Assembly (NCBI RefSeq): GCF_000012805.1
Contig: NC_007484.1
Span: forward strand, 960,001 to 992,000
Source: Nitrosococcus oceani ATCC 19707
GTDB taxonomy: Bacteria; Pseudomonadota; Gammaproteobacteria; Nitrosococcales; Nitrosococcaceae
DNA: 32,000 nucleotides
Direction: 5' to 3'
The first letter of the stretch is position 1, and each line of letters opens with the position of its first letter. Below, in pieces: positions 7,882-15,035 of this stretch. The position numbers and the translations under genes are program-made. The notes beneath the pieces were generated by a model. That model saw only the letters and a list, made by a program, of their open reading frames with translations, did no database searches and had not been told where the DNA came from.

Positions 7882-8741
7882 TGCGGGTCTTGCGGACCGT
7901 TGCCGCAGTGCGTAGCGCTGTGGAAGGCTGGCGAGCCTCCCACGAGAGAGTTGCGTTAGTGCCAACCATGGGTAACCTTCATAGAGGTCATTTAGCTCTG
8001 GTTGAACGGGCCGCCCAATTAGCGGATCGGGTGATCGTCAGTATCTTTGTCAACCCGCTCCAGTTTAATGACCGGGATGATTATTCGCGCTATCCCCGGA
8101 CCTTTGAGAAAGATCAGCAGTACTTAGACGAATATGGGGTAGCGGTAGTTTTTGCTCCATCGCTGGAAGATATATACCCACAGCGGTTGGAAAACGTAAC
8201 CCACGTTGAGGTACCTGGCCTTTCGGATATTCTGGAAGGAGCTTCTCGGTTAGGGCATTTTAGAGGGGTAACTACGGTTGTAGCGGTATTATTTAATATT
8301 ATACAGCCCCAGGTTGCGGTATTTGGCGAAAAAGATTATCAGCAGCTACTTATTATTCGGCGCATGGTCGCAGATCTCCTCATGCCTGTAGAGGTTGAGA
8401 GCATAGCTACGGTGCGAGATAAGGATGGTTTGGCATTGAGCTCACGTAATAGTTACCTTACTAAAGAAGAGCGGGCGAGAGCTCCAATATTATTTGGCGC
8501 TCTTAGCCATGCTGCGGAAACTATTAAAGAGGGCTGGCGTAATTTCTCGATTTTAGAAGAAGAAGGCCGGCAAAGGTTGGTGACGGCTGGTTTTTGTCCT
8601 GATTATTTTCATATTCGAAGGGCTGAGGATCTAGCTGAGCCAGGGGGGCGTGAGAATAATTTAGTGGTTTTGGCGGCTGCTTATTTAGGAAAAGCCCGCC
8701 TTATCGATAATATGCAGGTTCAGTTGAAGTCAGTTGATTAA
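7881..8741 (+). CDS. panC: Pantoate-beta-alanine ligase
   Basis: VPTMGNLHRGHLAL (HIGH-like) and FGEKDYQQ motifs. The start overlaps the panB stop (TAATG). Confidence 0.95.
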   Translation: MRVLRTVAAVRSAVEGWRASHERVALVPTMGNLHRGHLALVERAAQLADRVIVSIFVNPLQFNDRDDYSRYPRTFEKDQQYLDEYGVAVVFAPSLEDIYPQRLENVTHVEVPGLSDILEGASRLGHFRGVTTVVAVLFNIIQPQVAVFGEKDYQQLLIIRRMVADLLMPVEVESIATVRDKDGLALSSRNSYLTKEERARAPILFGALSHAAETIKEGWRNFSILEEEGRQRLVTAGFCPDYFHIRRAEDLAEPGGRENNLVVLAAAYLGKARLIDNMQVQLKSVD

Positions 8742-8989
8742 AGCGTAATAATTAATACAAATATTATTGAGTATCTAATTGTTGGAATTACATATAGATG
8801 TCTAATGATCCGCTGCCTGTGTCGTGGATGCTATAGTAGGCAGGCGGAGCAGTGAGACTTCCGATGCTCGGGAAGATTACCCTGGGGCTATGAGTTAGAA
8901 AATGCCAGCTTTTGTTGGGCCGATGAGGTTTTGAATGGACAGAATTGAGATCGGTCACGATAAAATGCCAAAGGGAGATTGTTAATTCT

Positions 8990-9370
8990 ATGTATTTGAC
9001 TCTACTCAAGTCGAAGCTACATCGCGCCTGTGTGACTCATATCGAATTAGAGTATGAGGGCTCTTGCGCTATTGATAGCGTTTTGCTGAGCACAGCCGGG
9101 ATTCAGGAATATGAGCAGATTCATATATACAATCTGACTAATGGCGAGCGTTTTGTCACCTATGCAATACGGGCTGAAGATAACTCCGGTATAATCTCTG
9201 TAAATGGTGCCGCGGCTCATAAAGCTTGCCCTGGTGATCGGCTCATTATTTGTACCTATGCGGTGTTTGAACGTAGTGAGATGGATTCATTTAAGCCACT
9301 TTTAATTTATCTGGATGATCGAAATTTTATCACCCATACGGGGAATGCCATTCCAGTCCAAGTTGCTTGA
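8990..9370 (+). CDS. panD: Aspartate 1-decarboxylase proenzyme
   Basis: [29 protein letters not shown] contains the Gly-Ser self-cleavage site. ATG 8990 is preceded by GGGAGA (8973-8978). The track ORF start at 8945 adds a non-homologous extension. Confidence 0.9.
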   Translation: MYLTLLKSKLHRACVTHIELEYEGSCAIDSVLLSTAGIQEYEQIHIYNLTNGERFVTYAIRAEDNSGIISVNGAAAHKACPGDRLIICTYAVFERSEMDSFKPLLIYLDDRNFITHTGNAIPVQVA

Positions 9371-9457
9371 GAAGCTATGTCACCTCCTTAATATTCTTGT
9401 TTGAAAATCTTGTTCTAGATTTCTGCTAGTAGAAAGATATAAGAGTAGGGGGCAAAG

Positions 9458-9727
9458 GTGGTTACTTGTGTACGATGCCTCATTGCTGGTCGGGTTCAAG
9501 GAGTATGGTTTCGTGCTTCTACCAAGGAAAAAGCCATGGAGTTGGGCGTCCGTGGGTGGGTGCGTAATTTACCTGATGGTAGGGTAGAGGCTTTGTTGCA
9601 AGGGGAAGCTGAGGCGGTTGAAGCGCTTAAGAAATGGTTATGGCGGGGGCCAACTTTAGCACAGGTGGTTGATGTGCAATCTGAAATGGTAGAAATTCCA
9701 GAAATTCAGATGTTTGAAGTGCGTTAG
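9458..9727 (+). CDS. acyP: Acylphosphatase
   Basis: GRVQGVWFR and [12 protein letters not shown] signature motifs. About 89 aa, typical for the family. GTG start. Confidence 0.85.
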   Translation: MVTCVRCLIAGRVQGVWFRASTKEKAMELGVRGWVRNLPDGRVEALLQGEAEAVEALKKWLWRGPTLAQVVDVQSEMVEIPEIQMFEVR

Positions 9728-9812
9728 ACTGCTACTATTATGCGGCAAAGGGCTTGAAGCCTTCTGTGTTTTTGAAAAAAGAACATAGCAAGCAGAAAAT
9801 TTATTTCCTTAC

Positions 9813-9841
9813 TTGACATCTTTTTTATTTGGGTATATAAA
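9813..9841 (+). promoter_or_regulatory. Candidate sigma-70 promoter for the small cupredoxin gene
   Basis: TTGACA (9813-9818), a 17-nt spacer, then TATAAA (9836-9841), inside an AT-rich intergenic region about 160 nt upstream of the ATG at 10002. Confidence 0.3.
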
Positions 9842-10001
9842 TAACCTATAAGATGTATTTTATATGCTTCTTCTTTCCATAGGAAATGCATATTGAATAT
9901 GTCTTTCTTTTTACGCTGAAAGACGTAAATAAAATACATTTTCTGGTAGCTTGGTTTTCTAATGAAAGTATCTGTAATGCAAACATAATGGAGATAATCA
10001 A

Positions 10002-10457
10002 ATGAAATTTCTCAATACAGTGTGGAATAATGTTCAACAATCTGGAGGCCAATTTTTGAGTGGGTTTGTTTTGATTTTGTTGGGGATGCTTTTATCCTCT
10101 CAGCAAACTTGGGCAAAAGAGTGGGTGTTTACCGTTCCCATTGGTGAAATAAGCGTGCTTTCTTCCGATGGGCAGAATGAGAGCCCTGTTGTCCATGTTA
10201 AGGAAGGTGATGATGTTGTTATTCATGTAAAAAACAATACCCCTGTTGATCACACCGTTCGTTGGCATGGTGTCCATGAGATGGATAACCAACACAATGA
10301 TGGGCCATCGGAAAAGACGAAAAGGTTTTTATCTATACAAGAAGCTATTGAAGCTGGCGGGGATTTCACTTACCGTTGGAAAGCAGAGAAAACAGGAGCC
10401 TTCTGGTACCACTGCCATATTAATGCCAATAAGCAGGTGGCGGGGATAGATATGTAG
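10002..10457 (+). CDS. Secreted single-domain cupredoxin resembling multicopper-oxidase domain 1 (Cu-oxidase_3-like)
   Basis: Signal peptide (LILLGMLLSSQQTWA/KE). The pattern RWHGVHEMDNQHNDGP ... GAFWYHCH matches the HWHG-x9-DGP ... WYHxH layout of MCO domain 1. The protein ends 12 residues after HCH. No domain 2 or 3 coding sequence follows. Confidence 0.6.
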   Translation: MKFLNTVWNNVQQSGGQFLSGFVLILLGMLLSSQQTWAKEWVFTVPIGEISVLSSDGQNESPVVHVKEGDDVVIHVKNNTPVDHTVRWHGVHEMDNQHNDGPSEKTKRFLSIQEAIEAGGDFTYRWKAEKTGAFWYHCHINANKQVAGIDM

Positions 10458-10491
10458 TGGAAGAAACATTTTTATAATATTATTTATGATA

Positions 10492-10530
10492 CAAAAAAAG
10501 AGGGGGGTTTAAATACCCCCTCTTTTTTTG
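10492..10530. terminator. Bidirectional rho-independent terminator shared by the cupredoxin gene and cytL
   Basis: An A7 run, stem GAGGGGG / CCCCCTC with loop GTTTAAATA, then a T7 run. It lies between convergent stops at 10457 and 10552. Confidence 0.75.
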
Positions 10531-10551
10531 TTGACTTCTTACTTTTGCCTG

Positions 10552-11148
10552 CTACTTATTGGGCTTTGCGGCTTGAAGAACCGGATAATATTGAGTAAAA
10601 ACCCAATCGTCTTTGGCGTTGGCCTGGTGACATGCATTGCATTCAGCAGTAGGTTTAGCCGTAGCTTTACGTGGTAAAGGGTATTTCATTCCATACATAA
10701 AATAGGCCCAGTTGCCTGGTTCGTCGGGAAATCGTTTGGAGTCCTTCACGGCTGCCTCTAAACCGGTAAACTCCCCCATAAAGTAACCATTACCCGTCAA
10801 TGCCTTTTTAGCGCCTACGCTGAGAAGTTCTTTCACTACCATGGCTCCGTCTCGAAATTGGCCAGTTTTTTTCCAGTGGGTAAAACTTTTCGGATCGATA
10901 TAGACATTATGAAATTCGGGCACTTCGGCTTTACCGTTGTTCATATCATGGGGTGTTACCGTGGTGCCAACATAAACCCACTCTCTATAACCTTCCGGCT
11001 GGAGAAGCTCGTTATTGATGTTAAAAAGCGCTGGAGATGAATCCGCTGCGTATGTCATTGGGCTGAAGGCTGTATAACCAACCAAGGCGAAGCCGGCGAT
11101 TTTCCATAAGCAGTGGATTTTGTGGCGGATAGAATTAGATTGGTTCAT
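10552..11148 (-). CDS. cytL: Cytochrome P460 family protein
   Basis: Signal peptide and a single C-terminal haem motif CNACH. Family-typical blocks are YREWVYVGT, NNGKAEVPEFHNVYIDP, FRDGAMVVKEL, GNGYFMGEF, EPGNWAYF and DWVFTQYYPVL. These match my recollection of Nitrosomonas europaea P460. Confidence 0.8.
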   Translation of the reverse strand: MNQSNSIRHKIHCLWKIAGFALVGYTAFSPMTYAADSSPALFNINNELLQPEGYREWVYVGTTVTPHDMNNGKAEVPEFHNVYIDPKSFTHWKKTGQFRDGAMVVKELLSVGAKKALTGNGYFMGEFTGLEAAVKDSKRFPDEPGNWAYFMYGMKYPLPRKATAKPTAECNACHQANAKDDWVFTQYYPVLQAAKPNK

Positions 11149-11205
11149 AAGGTACCTCGTTATGATAAAGAAATCGATCTATAGATTTTATAGGAGTAAC
11201 TTCAA

Positions 11206-12720
11206 TTAGCTAGAAGCCAGTTTGGATTTTACTGGGGGGTTGCCTAGCACCTTTAAAAACGCCGCTGCTACTTTGGCAATTCCTGCACGAATTTGGGTTT
11301 CGGGAAGAGAGGAATAACCAAGGAGGAGGGTGCGTTCACTGTATTCCTTATAACCGTAATCATAGGCGCCTCCGCTCTCTAAGGCATACATCCCAACTCC
11401 TGTTTCCCGAGCAATTGCTTGCATTTCGATGGCTGTAGGGAAATCGGGGGGCAGATGCCAAACAATATGCATTCCTCCCTCTAATCCCGATAGTTTAACC
11501 TCTCCAAAATGGTATTTTAAGGCGGCTATTAGGCAGTCACGGCGACGGAGATACATTCGCCGTATTTGCCGCAGGTGCTTGGCGTAGCCACCGCCAGAGA
11601 TGAAATCGGCTAGAATTGCTTGATCAAGCCAAGGATTACCGTTGTCTAGTAAGGCCTTGACTGTCTTTGCAGGTTCCATTAACTCCTCTGGAACTAAGAC
11701 ATAGCCAAGACGAAGTCCGGCACCAATCGATTTTGATACCGTTCCCATATAAATCACACAGTCATAGGGATCCAATCCTGCTAAAGCTGTCAATGGGGAG
11801 CCATTATGCCGGAAGTCGCTATCGTAATCATCCTCAATCAAGTACGCACCGACTTGTCCAGCCCAGTCTAATAATTGAACGCGGCGTTTTAGGGAAAGGG
11901 TTGACCCCATAGGATATTGGTGGGAGGGGGTAACATAAGCCAAACTCACGGGCGCAAGAGGAAGTTTTGAGACCTGTAGTCCATATTGATCCACTGGCAC
12001 AGGATGGAGTTGGGCGCCATAGCTTTCAAATACATAAGCAGCTCCCTGGTAGCAGGGGCATTCTGTGACCACCCGGGTTCCTTGAGCTATCAATAAACGG
12101 GCGACGATGTTTAGGGCTTGTTGGCTGCCGCTGACCACAATAATTTGTTCTGGAGTAACAGCAATACCTCTAGCAGGTCCTAGGTGGTTGGCTATTGCTT
12201 CTCGTAGGGCTAGAATCCCAATGGGATTGCGATATTCTGTTAGATTAGCTCCGCCTGCGCCCAGATGGCGTAAAATTAGCCGACGCCAGATTTTAATAGG
12301 GAAAGAGTGAGGATCCAAACGCCCCACTCGAAAATCTACTGCGAGGCGGCTTCGCTGGGAATTAGCTACCTTTTGAGCCCGGCCTCGAAATAATATGGGA
12401 TGCCGCCTTGATTGAGGCTTTTCAGGTAGTACAAGTGGTTGTGTGGGAGCTTTGAGGACAAGAGAGTCTGGTGGTAAGTAGGAGTTGACATAGGTGCCTA
12501 CTGCTTCTTGAGTTTGAAGATAATCCTCGGCGATGAGGCGATCATATGCCAAGAGTACCGTATTACGGGAAACTCCCAGCTGCTCGCTTAAAGAGCGGGT
12601 GGCAGGCATGGGTGTACCAGGCTTCAGTTTACCGCTCAAAATCAAGCTGCGAATTTGTTCGAAAAGCTGGTTTTGTAAGGTTTGTTTGCTCTGGCGTTCT
12701 AGCTTTAGCGGTAATTGCAT
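11206..12720 (-). CDS. MocR/PdxR-type transcriptional regulator (GntR winged-HTH fused to an aminotransferase-like PLP domain)
   Basis: N-terminal GntR HTH (LPATRSLSEQLGVSRNTVLLAYDRLIAEDYL). The C-terminal fold-type I domain has a PLP-lysine-like TVSKSIGAGLRLGY. About 500 aa, typical of MocR. Confidence 0.85.
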   Translation of the reverse strand: MQLPLKLERQSKQTLQNQLFEQIRSLILSGKLKPGTPMPATRSLSEQLGVSRNTVLLAYDRLIAEDYLQTQEAVGTYVNSYLPPDSLVLKAPTQPLVLPEKPQSRRHPILFRGRAQKVANSQRSRLAVDFRVGRLDPHSFPIKIWRRLILRHLGAGGANLTEYRNPIGILALREAIANHLGPARGIAVTPEQIIVVSGSQQALNIVARLLIAQGTRVVTECPCYQGAAYVFESYGAQLHPVPVDQYGLQVSKLPLAPVSLAYVTPSHQYPMGSTLSLKRRVQLLDWAGQVGAYLIEDDYDSDFRHNGSPLTALAGLDPYDCVIYMGTVSKSIGAGLRLGYVLVPEELMEPAKTVKALLDNGNPWLDQAILADFISGGGYAKHLRQIRRMYLRRRDCLIAALKYHFGEVKLSGLEGGMHIVWHLPPDFPTAIEMQAIARETGVGMYALESGGAYDYGYKEYSERTLLLGYSSLPETQIRAGIAKVAAAFLKVLGNPPVKSKLASS

Positions 12721-12920
12721 AAGCTTTAATTTAGCACTTGGTTTTTCATCGTGTTTGAAATTTTATAGAATATATTTGGATCTATTCTAAATCGATTTCT
12801 TGCGATCATAAATAGGGCCAATTTTAAAAGTTTTTTTGGTGCCGTTTAAAATATATACTCTTGTATTCATGGCTACGGCATTTAGATGGTTAATCGCAAA
12901 ACCTCTCTACCATGGCTTTG

Positions 12921-12948
12921 TTGCAATGAACTATTTTGTTGTTATACT
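12921..12948 (+). promoter_or_regulatory. Candidate sigma-70 promoter upstream of the hao operon
   Basis: TTGCAA (12921-12926), a 16-nt spacer, then TATACT (12943-12948). It would give a leader of about 330 nt. Purely a motif match. Confidence 0.2.
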
Positions 12949-13248
12949 CAACGCTAGTTGCAGCGTGTGGTAGCGGAGCTTTACTGATCTAGGCTATATT
13001 TCTAAGCCTAAGCCGTTATGGTTATTTAGTTAGAAAGATTGTAATTCTACTATATTATCAATCGCTTAGTCGCTTTGCTCGCAGCTATATCCAGTATTTT
13101 AGAAACAATAATTGGTACCATGCTGTAATATTAAACTGGCTCTATTGGTCTCCTTGTTTTGCATATAAGTGGTACTTTTCATTGAGGCCAGTAAACCATA
13201 TAACCACAAAAAACATAGCATTTATGCTTTAGGACTCCGGGTGCGAAG

Positions 13249-13305
13249 GAGGTCAATATGAGTGACAGTGCAATTAGAGGTCAATTATGAGTGACAGTAT
13301 AATTA
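13249..13305 (+). repeat. Tandem 28/29-bp duplication spanning the haoA Shine-Dalgarno sequence and start codon
   Basis: Copy 1 is GAGGTCAATATGAGTGACAGTGCAATTA (13249-13276). Copy 2 is GAGGTCAATTATGAGTGACAGTATAATTA (13277-13305). They differ by one inserted T and two substitutions. Confidence 0.85.
13258..13290 (+). promoter_or_regulatory. Candidate 10-codon upstream ORF (MSDSAIRGQL) translationally coupled to haoA
   Basis: ATG 13258 is preceded by AGGAGG (13247-13252). The stop TGA (13288-13290) overlaps the haoA ATG (13287-13289) as ATGA. The peptide mimics the HaoA N-terminus MSDSIIK. Confidence 0.35.
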
Positions 13306-15029
13306 AAAGGCTCTTGCGAGCCATTGCTACGGTTTTTAGCGTAAGCTTGTTATTCGTGGGCAATGCAAGTGCTGATATCCCGGATGAGCTTTATGAGGCT
13401 CTCGGGGTGGATAAATATAAAGCTTCGCCCAAAGAGTTATATGAGGCAATAACCGAGCGTTATTACGATCCAGCCCAAGGGCATGGGGAGGGTAAGTATG
13501 CCGAATATTGGGAACCTCTTCCCTTTAGCCAATATTTGGACCCTTATACTTATTATTCGCCGCCCGCTCAACCAGCTAAGGTGGCTACCCGCGAGGAGTG
13601 TATAGAATGCCACGAAGATGAAACCCGGGGTTGGGTTCACGCCTGGAGAAAGAGTGTCCATGCGAATTTAGACGAAATCCGTGATTTACCCAAGGACGAT
13701 TCCCGCTATTATAAGAAAAAACTTATAAAGGAGGTGGAAAAAAACCTTCGCTCAATGGGTAAGCTGGAAAAGAATGAGAATCTGAAAGAAGTTAGCTGTA
13801 TCGATTGTCATGTTGGTGTTGGCGCTGAAAAAGGCCACCATAATCAGGATCTTCGCCTTCCCGATGCTGCCGTTTGCGGAATCTGCCACCTACAACAGTT
13901 TGCCGAACGGGAATCGGAACGCGATACTCTTACTTGGCCAGATACGGATGTAAAAGGTAACAAAATCGATCCAGTTTGGCCTCCAGGACGCCCCTCCCAC
14001 GCCCTTGATTATCAAGCTAATGTAGATCTTGCCACATGGGCGGCAATGGAAGACCGGGAAGTTGCGGATGGTTGCACCATGTGCCATATCAATCAAAACC
14101 GCTGCGACACTTGTCATACTCGCCATCAGTTCTCAGCAGTAGAAGCCCGTAAGCCGGATGCCTGTGGTAATTGCCATAATGGGGCGGATCACAACGAGTA
14201 TGAAAACTACTTGATGTCTAAGCACGGTACCACCTACCTGATGCTAGGGGATACCTGGGATTGGGAAGTGCCGCTTAAGGATGCTATTGCGGAAAATGGG
14301 CAAACTGCGCCGACCTGTGCTTTCTGCCATATGGAGTACAAAGGCAGATTTGGCCACAACGTGGTGCGTAAGGTACGGTGGGCCTTTAATCCCCAAGAGA
14401 AAATCGCCAATAACCTTGAGCATGAATGGTATGAGTACCGCAACGAGGCGTGGATAGAAACTTGTACTAATTGCCATTCCGCCACCTTTGCCGAATCTTA
14501 CCTTGAGTTTGTAGACAATGGCATTATCTCGGGCCTTAAAAAGCAGTTAGAGGCGAAACAAATTGTTGAGGCCCTATATGAGGATGGTTTGCTGCCCGGC
14601 CAGAAAACCAACCGTCCCGCGCCACCCAAGCCAGAGCACGATGCTCCAGGGGAGTTCTTCCAGCTGTTTATTGCGAAGGGCAACAACCCCACTGCAGTGG
14701 AGTTGCAATATGCAAAAATGTGGGAGCAGGATCTGCTCAAGCATTATAAGGCGCTGGCCCACGTAAACCCAGGTTTTTGGACTTACACAGAAGGCTGGGG
14801 GCCATTGCTGGAACGCTATACCAATATCCAGGATGCGAATACCCAGCTTAGAGCGTTTGCCAAATTGAAAGCCCAAGTTGCTACGCTAGAAGGAGATGTA
14901 AAGGCTGCGAAGCTATTAGATCTGGATAGCCAGGTAGAGCGAGCTGTTGTGGGCGGTCTAGGCGGCGGTATGGTGCTTGCCGGTGTGGGTTTAGTAGCCT
15001 GGCGGCGCAAGCAAAAAACGGAAGGTTAA
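13287..15029 (+). CDS. haoA: Hydroxylamine oxidoreductase, octahaem subunit
   Basis: Eight CxxCH motifs (CIECH, CIDCH, CGICH, CTMCH, CDTCH, CGNCH, CAFCH, CTNCH). Signal peptide ending NASA/DIP. The WTYTEGWGP block contains the candidate cross-linking Tyr. Hydrophobic C-terminal tail. Confidence 0.97.
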   Translation: MSDSIIKRLLRAIATVFSVSLLFVGNASADIPDELYEALGVDKYKASPKELYEAITERYYDPAQGHGEGKYAEYWEPLPFSQYLDPYTYYSPPAQPAKVATREECIECHEDETRGWVHAWRKSVHANLDEIRDLPKDDSRYYKKKLIKEVEKNLRSMGKLEKNENLKEVSCIDCHVGVGAEKGHHNQDLRLPDAAVCGICHLQQFAERESERDTLTWPDTDVKGNKIDPVWPPGRPSHALDYQANVDLATWAAMEDREVADGCTMCHINQNRCDTCHTRHQFSAVEARKPDACGNCHNGADHNEYENYLMSKHGTTYLMLGDTWDWEVPLKDAIAENGQTAPTCAFCHMEYKGRFGHNVVRKVRWAFNPQEKIANNLEHEWYEYRNEAWIETCTNCHSATFAESYLEFVDNGIISGLKKQLEAKQIVEALYEDGLLPGQKTNRPAPPKPEHDAPGEFFQLFIAKGNNPTAVELQYAKMWEQDLLKHYKALAHVNPGFWTYTEGWGPLLERYTNIQDANTQLRAFAKLKAQVATLEGDVKAAKLLDLDSQVERAVVGGLGGGMVLAGVGLVAWRRKQKTEG

Positions 15030-15035
15030 GCGCCT

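Noticed and set aside
8788-9009. A 73-aa minus-strand ORF in the panC-panD spacer
   Set aside because: No motifs and no SD. It overlaps the panD start. The region is better explained as a structured non-coding spacer.
9745-9775. A possible terminator after acyP (AAGGGCTTGAAGCCTT followed by a T-rich run)
   Set aside because: Only about 4 bp of stem can form around a plausible loop, which is too weak to call.
9724-10052. Two minus-strand ORFs (68-71 aa) rich in Lys/Ile/Phe upstream of the cupredoxin gene
   Set aside because: They are a composition artefact of an AT-rich intergenic region. They overlap each other and the cupredoxin start.
13437-15010. Multiple antisense and out-of-frame ORFs (60-100 aa) inside haoA
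   Set aside because: They lie entirely within a strongly supported octahaem CDS and have no recognisable motifs. Their composition is typical of shadow frames.
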